Below, piece by piece: positions 27,101-39,511 of a stretch of 64,000 nt of DNA. The stretch covers positions 1 to 64,000 of the forward strand of contig JYFJ02001773.1 in assembly GCA_000934665.2 (NCBI GenBank), given 5' to 3'. A program made the position numbers and the translations under genes. The notes under the pieces were generated by a model. The model made no database searches and was not told the DNA's origin. It saw only the letters and a program-made list of their open reading frames with translations. Numbering within the stretch: the stretch's first letter is position 1; every line of letters starts with the position of its first letter. Origin of the DNA: Catajapyx aquilonaris (lineage: Eukaryota).

Positions 27101-28542
27101 CAGGGTATGCACCTCACTTGGGACATTTTTTTGACAAAAAAAATCAGCCAAAACATGCCGCATTGCGCTCAACTTTTGGAGTGCAACAGTAATCATGACA
27201 ACAATTTCACGACTGCCAATCTACTGCCTCGATGATTCATCGGCATGTAATCATGTGGCTGTGAATCGACGGTGCAATGACTTGTCGTAATGAAACGTGA
27301 CGTTGCAATAAAATTTCCGTGTTGCAATGACAGCTGAAAAAATAACTCTAGCACCAGTTAATAAATCGCTCCCCCCCCCCCCAAAAATGAGCCATTGCAT
27401 AGCACATACACTAAACTTTTCTTATCAAAATCACCCTTTTTTATCTTCCAACTTTTACCCACAAAAAAAAATGCAAAATCAGGGAATAAATGGGTGGAAG
27501 AGCTAGTTGAGCACTTATTACATTCGCCAGGGCTTGGGGATGGGAGAGGAGGGGCTTAGTATGATGACGGTCACATTTGAGTATAAGGTGGTGGTGTAAT
27601 GAGCTACTCCCAAGAGCAATCTGTAATGATATCCTAGTTAAAGACCTAACTCTCCCCCAGGAGAGATGGGCATGTAGATCATCATTACCTCGGCGTGTGT
27701 TTTCAGAGCCTTGGCCCCAACGGAACCCTAAAGCGCTCCAAAGGGAGCTTGCTCTCACTTGTTACCTGAAGGTGATGTCAATCTGCATATGTTCAAAAAA
27801 ATACGCAAAAAAAGCAAAATTTCAAAAAAATACAACAGCTACCTAAGAAATCCTCTCATAAACATTTCCGTTAATTTTCCTTCTAAGAAAACAGCTAAAA
27901 AAAGTTAATCCTCTTCCGTTTCCCCCGGTTAGGCGCCCATTCCCAGACATTAATTGGATAGGCGTCGCAAATGGAAAATCTCTTGGAAAAAAAAGGGAAT
28001 AGTTCCAGGCAATTGAACCGGATCCTCCCGAAAATTCCCCAGATCACCTTAACATACAGCCCTTTTTTTTGGAATGTATACAGAAGGGGGCCTTCCCTGA
28101 AATTTTCTCTCCCATTAGACCCATTCTCAACTGGGTGCCTGAATAGAACGAAAAAAAAAGAGAAGAAAACATTCCTGCTGGGAGAGAGTGACTATATATT
28201 TTTTGTAGTGTTTCGGGAATAGCTTTTAGACCTCTGAAAATCCGGGGGCCTGCCTCCTTTGTGTAGCGCTCGAGGGAACCATAGGCTATCATTCATCGTG
28301 AATTAATAGCGTCATCGCTCACCCACCGACATTTTGTCATCCACTCCAGCCTCTAGCATCGCGGCCTTGTTGCCAATTCTGCTTGTGTGTTTCTCTCCTT
28401 ATGTTGTGTGACTTTGGGACTAAACGGGACAAAATTGCTCGATTTTTGTCGATATTGTTTGCTGGTGAACATCTATTGTTGTGAGAGTTGACCACCTCAA
28501 GTCATCCCTCTGACACGGTGTGACCAGGGATAATTATACTTA

Positions 28543-28997
28543 ACTACATAAGAGGCGCAAACATTCGATTCACGCGTCTCTCTGTTTGGGTCGTTGCCAA
28601 GGCTGGCGGCCATTTTGAAAAGGGGGCAACGCCAACGATGTATGAATAGGGTACAGGCAGGCCGTAAAGGTCCGCCATCTTTGATGGTTTTGGAGGCCAT
28701 GGCACTTCACGGCAAGAACACGCTCGAATTTGAATATTTTTGCTGTACTTACTGAATTAATACGTAGAAAAGTGCAAGGAGCTCATACGGAAAAAATATT
28801 CAAATTCGAGCGTGTTCTTGCCGTGAAGTGCCATGGTCGCCAAAACCATCAAAGATGGCGGACCTTTACGGCCTGCCTGTACCCTATTTCGTTGGCGTTG
28901 CCCCCGTTTCAAAATGGCCGCCAGCCTTGGCAACGGCCCCAAACAGAGAGCCGCGGACATCAAAGTCGCCGACCGAAGTTTGCGCCTCTTATGTAGT
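28543..28997. mobile_element. Fold-back element with ~200-bp inverted arms
   Basis: The left arm 28543-28741 (ACTACATAAGAGGCGCAAAC...TCGAATTTGAATATTTTT) is the reverse complement of 28791-28997. The spacer is about 50 bp. Confidence 0.8.
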
Positions 28998-28998
28998 A

Positions 28999-29282
28999 CT
29001 AGCTGCGGCACCCGGCGTTGCCCGGGAAGAAATGAATGAAGGGAAAACACCTGCCAGTAGCCCCGTCAACTGTCTGTCTTTCTGTGTGTCCGTCCACCAA
29101 TGGCATCTGTGGTCCTGCTACTCCAACACCTTCAACTTCTCCCGCCTGTATAACGGCAACCGTCATTTTCCTGCCATCTGTGCTCCACCCCCAGCCAGAT
29201 GGCAGGCAAATGACGGTTGGCAGGCGGACAGACAGACAGAAAGACAGACAGACAGACTCACAAACGGCTTTATTTATATAGA
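28999..29282 (-). mobile_element. Non-autonomous Helitron
   Basis: The minus strand starts TCTATATAAATAAAG and has a (GTCT)n tract. It carries the subterminal hairpin CCCGGGCAACGCCGGG and ends CTAG followed by T. No TSD. Confidence 0.85.
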
Positions 29283-31025
29283 ATATGCTCCCTGGTGTGG
29301 CCATTTATTAGACCGGCCGGCTTCCCGACCACAGCACAACTGATTCGCACAAACTTCTCCCTCTAGGTCCAAAACCAACCCTCCTGCCATCTAGTGTCCA
29401 TGTGTGCCCACAATATGAAATTATGCCAGCAAATTCGTGCCACTTGATTCCGATGTTGCAGATAGCTCGTTTTGAGTGTGACCCGCAATGTCAGCGGCAT
29501 AAAACCATCTCATGCCTCATGACCGCTCTATATTTCCAGTATATATTATCATGCATTCCATTCGCTTTCACACCAGCTAGCCATAAAACACGCGAGCGTT
29601 AGTTTGAATAGCACTTCTTTACCCTAAAAAAAAATAATGAACCGCATCCACACATATGGTAATAATCCACACAGTTTTCTAGGGAGTCTCCCGAATGTGC
29701 AGTGTGGAAATAATGGAAATAGCACCTGACACGAGGGAATACACACTTTCACACTTTTTTTTTTTTTTTTGGGGGGGGGGGGGGGGNGGGGGTAGTGGTA
29801 TGGAGAGTATGTGGGGAGGACTATCCCGATCCGTTCCCCTTCCACACTTGGCAATTTGAGCTCCGCTAATCACGACGCCTGCAATCAAAACGCGGCCTCC
29901 ACAATTGCGGGCACCGAAAAATCGGCACGTTCCATTTGGCGAGAAGAATCGCTGCGCTGATGTGGAAATTAACGAGCGTCATTCACATGTTTTGCGTGTG
30001 GGCTTAATGGTTCTTCCAGGACATCGGCGCCAGACAGCGTGTGCCACGTGTGCCCACATTTTTAATGAACGCGTGACACTTGTGTCGTTTCATAGAAAAA
30101 TCGGGTCAAATCTATGTAATTCATGATCCCACTTCTAACGTTCTTAGTACTGACACAATGTCATTTGGAACTTACCGGGAAATTCATAAATAAATATGCG
30201 AATTAACTGTTTAGCGACAGAATTTGATCAGGATCGTTAGGAACAGATTGCTACCCTCCTTAACATTTAAACGTCACTGCCAATTTCGACAGTCTTCCTA
30301 ATGATCCTTTTTTTTTGCATGAGCCTGATGGATCGAAGTGCGTGTAAGTCTTGTCGGGCAGATGTGGCAACGTGGTGAGGAGATATTAACCCAATCTTGG
30401 CTTCGCCCATTTGGAAACACGGCGGCGAATTGTTGCTCGCTCATGCAAGACCTACTCGTGTTCATCTTTCGCGCATAATTGTTTCCCTGGGACAGGCAAT
30501 TTTCATTAATCCCGCGTAGAATTAAAACCCCCAGAAACCTAATTGACTTTAAGCCCCTGCAGCTCCCTAGACGGAGGCTGCCGGCGATTACTTAGCCCAC
30601 TCAACCCTCATCATTTCGTGTCCCCGACACAATTCCTCCACATCAGCTCACCTACCCTGCAACTGCGGAACAGTCTGGTAAACACACACTAGCCTCGTTC
30701 CAGGAGATGGTGTCTATACGCTCATTCCTGTAGTGAGATGTCCGTTACGATGGACCGTTAGAAAAGGCGCCAAATCCACGGGCAAGCGGTTAGGCCTGAC
30801 TAACACCTTTTTAGTATGGTCGTAAGTGGCCTACAGATGGCTTCTTACATGTCATCAGTTACATTATGAGATTCCTCATAATCCAAGGAACCCAAACATG
30901 TTGAGACTTCATAAGAAAACACTTTCTGGCTTCACATAAGGCGTATCTTTTTCCGTTGAGTGATGTGGTGGCGCCCATCTCTTCACCTAGAATTCCCTCC
31001 CATATTTTTTCTCTCAGGAACTTAC

Positions 31026-31050
31026 CTCCTGGACTTTGATTGTGCTCCAT
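31026..31050 (-). CDS. Candidate first coding exon (MEHNQSPG, phase 1) of an unidentified long-intron gene
   Basis: Perfect Kozak context GCCGCCATGG, then after 25 nt a perfect donor GAG|GTAAGT, with a GC-rich leader upstream. There is no homology evidence. Confidence 0.35.
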
Positions 31051-34000
31051 GGCGGCAATGGGTAAGAATGGCGATGATCCCCGGGAATAATAATGGCGGT
31101 GGCGGCCTTCAAGTTTCCGGATGGCAAGCCTCGAATTGTTCTCCGGAAGAGTGGGGATCCAATCGATGATGGCCAGCTCTCGCTGCAAAACAAAAGAGTG
31201 AATAATTGCCGAGCCGAAGAAGAGGCAGAGAAGCGAACAAGATGATATTTCACGGGAAATGAGCAGATGAGAAGATGCCAGCTTTTCTTTTCACTACTCC
31301 TTCCAAAAAGGGGATGAAGGTAGAATTGGTAAAGGAGGTGGCTAAGAAAAATGCCCTGATGGGAGACTCATCCATTCACCGGTCTGGAAACAAAAACAGG
31401 CCTTTCCAACCGATCACCTGCAGGGTTGCACCAGGTTCTAACTAAGGTTCTATGTAACCAAAAAGTACGATGAATTACAAGAACCCAGATTTTTCAGTCT
31501 CTGGAGAGTCGCTCGGTCACAAATTGTCCAAAGACCCCCATGTAATTTATAGACACTCACTCCCTTAGGAACTAATTAGTTATGGTGCAGATTCCTTTGT
31601 GAGAGAAAAGTGTATGGCTACTCAACATTTTAACATCCAGCCTCGTACATGGCGAAATTTGCATCCTGCGCACAGTACAATGCGGATACATAATTCAGAA
31701 GTGCGACATCAAAGACCTTCTCCGTCTAAAATAGGGGGTGGGGGGGTGGGGGTTCTAAAATCTTAATTATATCATCAGAAACGTAGGCTCCATCGGGAGG
31801 GATGGCAAAAGACAAAAGTGACAACCATCTTGTCGCGCTCAGCATAAATCTGCTGCAAAAAGTTTGACATCTTCCGAGTGTGATCTTCTATTTTCCAGTT
31901 TTCTAATTGGAAAAAAAGAAAGTTTCGCTGTCGTGATAGAAATCCGGAATTAGCAAAAATCTCTCTTTCTCTTAGGACTTTTTTTGCAATTCTTGGCACG
32001 GACATTGTCAATTTTTTTTCTTCTTACTCTACTTGAATCGGTACAGGTTTAATGCAAAGGCTTTAAGTCGCATCAATGACCTCGGATAAAATCAATTTAT
32101 TCCCTGCTCCTATTTCACTATTACGTTGGGTTTTATCGATCAACACATATATCCAACCTTCTGCAAAACCAGAGCGCGGAAAAAAATTCATTATTGGAAT
32201 TTTGTACAGATTAATTTTATTCCCTGCTGGAACCTTCGAATTCCGATATCGACTCCACAATTTGAATATTCACGATGACACTCTCTGACTTGTTGTTACC
32301 CTAAAGTTACCATTCATGCTGACGTTCACAAAGTTTGGATACCGTACCTCTATAGGTGTAATCCTGCATCAGCATTAACGGGCACATTTTTAAACTGTCT
32401 CAACACTGATATTTAAGCATTTAAAAGTACAGATAATTTTGTAATACTTTAAATGAAACTCCTGCTCCCTTTTTCCAAAATCTGGAAAGGGTGCAAGGGC
32501 GCCTCCTAGTCCCTTTAACTTCAAACCTGCTCATTTCCTTCAATTCAACATCACCTGAAGCGTTCCATTAGCAACGCTCGGTTAGAAACTCCTACCCCCC
32601 AACCCCCTCCTTTTACAAGCCAGATGTTTTTATTCTCTTCTTTTTCAAAGCTCACAAATAACTTTGCAGCTCCAAGAAAAAAGAAAATTCAGAAAATTCC
32701 ACAGGGAGACAAATTCGCTAAAGTTTCTATTTCAAACCGCATGTGAAGTAAAATATCATGATGTTGCAAATATGATATTAAAATATGTTAGGAACAGACT
32801 GCAGCCATAACATGCCATATTTTAAATCATATATTTACTATACAAATGCTGCAATTTGTCCAATATTAATTATTCGAGTGATATGAAAATGAAATTGACA
32901 GAGCTCTCATATGAAAGCATGAAAAAATAACCTGAAAGTGCGCCTAGGTACACTGAAAAATTAAAATCTACCAGCCTCGCTCCCACATTTCCTATATCAA
33001 ACTTCACTAAAAAAAGAGTATCCCTACTTTTCATGCACCGCTTTTCAAATGAGGCAGAATGAATAGAAAGAATCAATATTATTATACTGAACTTCAGCAT
33101 TCATGTATCAAACTTACTTTAGCATGATTAAAACTGATGCACTGCATACTGTAAAACAATGTGAAATGGCACTCTCATTATGACACAACCGTCAAGTAAC
33201 AGTACAAAAAGGTAATTGCATTTATCACAAAATATGGACGCATAACATACTGGATGACAAAGACATGGTAGTTTTTTGCTGTAATTGCAAATGAAATTTT
33301 AATCACTGCAAATTTCTGACGTGTTTGCATTTAAACATAAATTTCACTTTCATCATACCAGTGTTTACTCCACTTTTTATTGAATTTTGTAACCAACTGC
33401 ATAAAATGCCATACGAAAGCAAATGTCACAATGAAAAACAACACAAGTTACATACATAAGCAGTCTACTACATGAGAACTGTTTGAACATGGCTGATCAT
33501 AATAAAGCAATAAGACGTCCTATCTTACCCCATTTGTATGATGATAAACCCGAAGAAATCGTGGTTCCTCCAACCATGTGAATGGGTAAGGAACACAAAA
33601 TTTGAATAGCATTGTAGGTAAAAGAGAGTATATATAGATCCTAATGTGCTCTCTCCTTTTTTCCATTCCTCCATTCTTCCTACCTCTCCTTTTTTTATTT
33701 TTTGGAAAAAAATCTCCATTCGTAGAGCCTTTTACGAGCTGACCCTTTGGTTGTCAGATACTTTGGGATAAAGGGCGCGCACTATTTTCATGGAAATTGA
33801 AGAGAGCTGGCCCATTATGCACATCGGGGGAGCTCCCAAAAAGGGAGCCTTCCTTTTCTCAGTGTGCTCAACTCTTACCTTCCAAGAAAAGAGTCCCCTT
33901 TTCCGCCATATTTCCACCAAGTTATGATTTCACTTACGCGACATACTATTTGACATTTTCTAGAGTCACAAAGTATGCGTTTGTCACTCGGGCGTAACAG

Positions 34001-34354
34001 GAAGTGAAGAATTGATTCGCTTTCGCCTCAACTTTTGTCCCTTCTCCGAACTTCCATTTTCCTTTTGTCTTCATCATTTGGAAGGAAAGATTTTGTCTTG
34101 TCGTATGCGTCCCAAATCGAAAAGGATGACCCCCACATTCAAAAAGCTGGAGGCGCAAATTGATGAAGACATTCTCGCATCCTGTAAGTACAGTCTCGGA
34201 TGTGCGTCCACAGGGACAGGAATTGTCACACTGCATTTCTACCACCCGTGGTTGACATATTGGGCAGGTGGGAGGGGATGAGAAAGGGGACATTTTTTTG
34301 TAGAATGTATATTTTGCAGTAGGAAAACTGCTAGCAGGAAGTGGTGCCACCTGC

Positions 34355-34863
34355 TGTTACGGACATGCGACTACATCCCTGCCGTCAGATGTAAGAAGAC
34401 CGTAACTCAAAAACTAGTAAGGGTGAAAGTCGCATGCACGCCCTGCACAAATCCCCTCTGAGTCAGGGGGGGATTAGTGCAGGGCATGCATGCAACTTTC
34501 ACCCTTACTAGTTTTTGAGTTACGGTCTTCTTACATCTGACGGCAGATCCATACATGGAGGTTATCTCTCCAGATATTGCATGGTTATGGTCTCCGTAGT
34601 AATGAGTAATGTACAAGGGGGTACTCACTTCGGTACGCCGGTGTCACCTGCAGTGGTACTCTTTGGTACTCCAGGTTCCAGGTACTCCTTGATACTCCCA
34701 GGTACTCCCATGTACTCCTTGGTACTCCTTGAATTTGGTACTCTAGTGTACACTTTACAGTCGAGTGAGTACCCCCTCGGTAATGTACGAGGGCTAAAGA
34801 CTAGACGCGTCTTTTTGCTCGCTCTGTTCCGACGCGGCACACAACATGGTGTCAGAAGTGGGA
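34355..34863 (+). mobile_element. LTR retrotransposon remnant: putative 5' LTR plus tRNA-Leu primer-binding site
   Basis: TGTT...AACA (34355-34846) is followed immediately by TGGTGTCAGAAGTGGGA (34847-34863). This is complementary to the 3' end of tRNA-Leu and is a common Ty3/Gypsy PBS. There are internal GGTACTCC repeats and no gag/pol downstream. The LTR 5' boundary is less certain than the PBS. Confidence 0.65.
34379..34546. mobile_element. 168-bp near-perfect palindrome with 4-bp flanking direct repeat
   Basis: CTGCCGTCAGATGTAAGAAGACCG...CGGTCTTCTTACATCTGACGGCAG, with arms of about 80 bp and a central CTGAGTCAG. ATCC flanks both sides. Confidence 0.8.
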
Positions 34864-35605
34864 CTTTAAACGGTCCCCTTTAATCCCAGCCATTTTCGAT
34901 TTAAAATATTCCAAATAGCGCACTTAGAACAACTAGCCCTCCTGTTCCGATCCCATTCGATTAATTGCGCGTAACGCAAGCTCCTTAGAAGCCCCCTACA
35001 ACTCTCAGAAGACTCTGCCTTATTGGCCCAGACTTGATGCTCCTTCCATGCACTTTGGACAACCCTAGAAGGCAATTCCCGTCCTAGAGCTCGCTAATTC
35101 CCGCCATTTCCTCGGCTGAAAAATCTTCGTAAACACAAATAGAGGCAGTATAATTTGGGTAGGAAGGCGCAAGTAGTTGTCGTTGAGCTTTACAGGGCAG
35201 GATATAAGTCCTGATGAGCTGGAAGTGAGGGGTAGGGGGTAGGGGGGGGGGCGATTAATAAATTCTTGGTGACGTCGTCAGATTATACTGTTGGCCTTAA
35301 TTCTGAACGAAATGCGAAAGCGAAGCGGGGGTGCCTTTTCTTTGGAAACTCCGCCTTCTCACAAGCCATCATTCTCATTAATGGGTTATAAATGCCTTAT
35401 GACGTGGGGCGGGAGTTGAAATTCGAAAAGCTCTTTGCCGGAGCTTATAGTCCCGGGTGACAAATGCGCTCGTAAAAACCGCAACGCCTTAACTAGTCTT
35501 TGCAGCCCACTGCATCCCTAGGATTCCTCCTCGAATTTATTCCCCTCGCTTTCATTTCCTCACCCCCCTTCTCTTACCCTTCCAAAAATGATACCGATAG
35601 AAACC

Positions 35606-35973
35606 CATACAGCACCCGAAACTTTCCCTATTACTTACTACACGTTGTGTCTCACGCCATTTTGGGCCAATTTGTAGCCACATCACGTGTCTGCTGCACC
35701 CACGACTCCTAACGGGCCATTTTTAAAACAGTTCCAAACCCTCTAGGCTCAAAGATCGATAACAATGCAACTCAAATGTCAAATATCGGAAATATCGATA
35801 CTGATCAACTGACAAATATTCGCCAGTACATTTTATTTCCCAATTTCATTTCCTAACCTCCATAGTACAGCGAAACTTTCCCATTATTAGTTAATACCTT
35901 CGCGTCTAGGTCGGCCATTTTAATCCACTTGAAAACCGAATCACGTGTCTGCTACGCTCGCGACTCCTAACGG
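35606..35973 (+). repeat. Diverged ~110-bp direct duplication
   Basis: Both 35606-35715 and 35861-35973 contain, in order, CGAAACTTTCCC, GCCATTTT, ATCACGTGTCTGCT and CGACTCCTAACGG. Confidence 0.65.
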
Positions 35974-38900
35974 CTTTTTTGTTATATAAGAAATCCCCTT
36001 CCTCCCACGTCAGGGATCGGGGATAGACAACCATCGCTCCGGCTCACATAATACCCGATGGCTTCTCGAATTCTAGACGCCCGTACAAGCTCATCTTCCA
36101 TCATACAAAAAAATGAAGGAGTGAAAAAAAAAACTAAACTTGAGCTTACGTGAGTAATACTAAATTGCGAGTTCTCAACTAGAAACTTTTTAGCTAAGTT
36201 GAGGGCAAAAAGTTGTCAAGTTTCTACAGTTGTAAGATAAGGCTATACAAAAGAGGAAAATGTGGCAGACAAAGCTGGTAGATGAAAATCTCTGAACTGT
36301 CATAATGCACTTTCAGCATTGTACAGTATGCTCTAGTTTTCTTTTTTATTTGAATGTAACAATCAACAAAATTACAACGTCTACCTTGAAGCGGTTTTAC
36401 AGTGTACCTACATTTTTGCTCCAGACTGTACATGCAAATTGTCTGTTTACTACCTATCGCTTGAATTTACAAAATATGGCAATATCCTCCCAAAATGTTA
36501 AATACTATTACGAGCACCTGCTTAATATATCAACTGCATATTAACCTGGCTATAATTGCGAATCATCGTGATTGTACACTACAACACATAATTATCTCAT
36601 AGTTATAATAATTGTGAGCTATAATATTATGACAGCGTCCAATAATTGCTGTTCATTACTGATAAAACCCCTCATGCTGCTAACAGTGTGTGTGAATATA
36701 ACAATGATAGTCATAATACAACAATTATCTCTCATTTTCAGAATAGTGTGAGACCAGCAGCTACTGTTCCCACCATCTGGCAACCCCAATGTTACTGACA
36801 CCCGTAACAATCGCGAATTCTAAGTTGGACTGATTGCAATTGGAAATGAGCGACTTGGAAATTCAAGTTTTGGGGTGTCTCCTCAGGAAGCTCTAAGATA
36901 ATGACAACTGCCTAAGCTGCGAATTAGCTTACAAATGGCCTCCACATTTACTCTCGTCAATAGTGCCACAACAATATCATAGTGAGCAATTAACCACCGT
37001 TTTAAATCATCAATTTTAGCACTTCTTTTTACAGAAAAAAGGGTCAAAATTTTGCAAATTCGTACTGCAGAACACCTCGTCAAAAAAGTGGAATCCTACT
37101 TTTTTTTTGAGTGGCAAACAAGTGCGACAAAGAGAAGGGCTGCAGGGCATGGTAGAGGAGGAAGGTGATTGGTCACGCTCCATCGCGCCCTTATCTTCAT
37201 TTCCCTCTTTTCCTTATTTACAGGGACAACATCCTTTCACTCGCGTTTAATTAACTTTCTTTTGACTCCTTCCAACCTCTTCAGAAATAAGGAGAAGCTT
37301 GCATTCTCGCATATTCTCAGCCTTTGGTCCCCATCCAAAAACGTGATGTTCTGTAAATTTATACAACCTACATACAGAAATCAATTGGTACCATTTTTTG
37401 ACCTATTTTATGAAAATCGCGAAATATATAAAAAGGTGTGTTCTTCAGGGTTCAGGTTGCCATTTACGAACATGTGTACAAGGAAGAATTTTTTTTTCAC
37501 GCCTTCGACGCATATAGAGTCGATTTCGACCTCAGACCCTAGAGAGCAACAACCGCGAGCTTGTCCCCATTTTGTGATTGAGTTTGGTAAATTCCACTCT
37601 ATAACCGATCGTATTTCCAGGTACAAAACACTGGAGCCAAAAGAACAAAGAAACCTCCCTTTCAGTTTTTTCCCCCCGTCTACATTCGGTTCGATGAAAT
37701 ACTGTGAAAGGAAACTGATATGCTGAAAAGAAACCAATTTTTCCAAAAAAAAAAAAAAGTACTTCTAATCAAAACTGCTGTACTAGATGTAATGGATACT
37801 ACCTAATATTTTTTTTTTTTTGATTCGAATCTTACATAAATGGATGAGAGGCTGGCTTTGTGGTCAGCAGGAGGATTTGTCTTTGAAAGGTAACGGCGTG
37901 GAACAGAGATTTCTTGGTCTGAAAGGAGCATTTTATCGGGCCCGTTACCAACTTTTCACCTCAAAAAGTCAGCCTGTTACAGATGTTACTGCTGCCTTTG
38001 TCACCAAGATATATACATTTTTTGGGGGGTATAGTTTTAAAGCCACCTCACACGCACCGTTGCAATAACACCCTCCAAGACACTACATTAATCTGACATC
38101 ATTTAAACAGCTTTTCTACCCTAAAATATAAATCCAAAAATTTTGTTGCAACCTCTAATTCCGACTCAACCAAGTGAACAATAATCCCCTTTCCATTTCT
38201 AAGTCTTTCCCTCTCCACAACGCAAATGCCAAGATAGTAAAACATTCTTGGCGGGACAAAGTGCAAGCCACGCCCCTCCAGAGATTTGCAATAGTAATTC
38301 CGTGCTTTTGCAAATTCTTAGTCGACGGAGGAATCCCCCCTCCCCACACACACACTCTTTCTCTCCCGCCCTGCATGAGACGTACTTTTAATTAACATTC
38401 CTTGTCCCGGTGCGGAGAAGTTCGGCCATAATTAAGTGTATCCACCCGAGGAACCCCTTGGATGGTCTTGCATGAGAAGTATGCAACGCCATACCACTCT
38501 TTTTTGGAAAAAAAAATAAAATGCTGAAGACCCCCCGACCAACCTAAAACCAACCCGGAGTGACTTGGACCGAAAAGCAACTTTTAGAGCAAATTAACTA
38601 TTTACACCGAGCCCCATTTAATTTTGGAGGGGTTCCTCGGATTTTGGTTAGGACTAATAAGTAAAACGCATTGAAAACTTTCGTTACAACGTGAAGTGGG
38701 TCGCAAAAGAATTCGTTAGCATACCATTTTCTGAAGGGATCATCCGGATGTGAATTGTGTATGCTGATTGGCTCAAACGGAACAGGTTCGGATGAGCATT
38801 GCTTATTTAATTGGCCGGCTCTGTTGAAGGCGTGGCAGTAATGTGACGCCCGTAAATTGTGGATGAGCTGGGTCTGAAAGTGACTAACACCTGTGTTGAC

Positions 38901-39011
38901 ATCCAGTCATCAAAATTGCAAGGTATGGGCAATACTGCTATAGTTGTGCTAGCATCATACTGTACAGTACCATGAATCATCCCTAAATAAACCATTTCTT
39001 TACGGGCTTAA

Positions 39012-39511
39012 AGGGACACTCCACTCAAAAAGCAAGTTTGTCTCAAATATCCATTCAGTCATTCATTCATTCATAACATCACGGTATAATCCCAGAGATG
39101 GGGTAGCCAGCGACGACTAGTTTCTGTGTCTAAAAATCGGGCAAAAAATCCTGAATCCGAAGGTGCAATCCGTTTTTCGCGACGCTGAACGGTAATCCCA
39201 GGGCGAGGGGTCAAAGTGGGGAAATTCAAATAGTGCGCTAGAAGCTGGCCGTCCGCCAGCGACGCCCTCGGGACCTTGGGAACTGGAGGGCTGCTCCCGC
39301 CTGCCCGCGCGCTTAGCCCCATCCCAGAGCGGTGCAGCCCTCCAGTTCCCCTGTTCCCCGCGTGGCGGCGCCACTCATTAGCAGACGACGCACTTTGACA
39401 CCTCGCCCTGGGATTACCGTTCCGCGTAGCGAAAAACGAATTGCACCGTCGGATTCCGGATTTTTTGCCCGATTTTGAGAGCCAAACTTGTTTTTTGAGT
39501 GGAGTATCCCT
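39012..39511 (-). mobile_element. Kolobok-type non-autonomous DNA transposon (copy 2, inverted)
   Basis: TTAA|AGGGACACTCCACTC...GAGTGGAGTATCCCT|TTAA. It is a near-identical reverse complement of 23533-24025, and the translated frames in the ORF track are almost the same. Confidence 0.88.

Noticed and set aside
33946..34350. Overlapping 134-aa and 89-aa ORFs with a GTAAGT site
   Set aside because: No homology recognised and no partner exon found.
37169..37726. 185-aa plus-strand ORF
   Set aside because: Non-ATG start, low-complexity Phe-rich translation and no domain.
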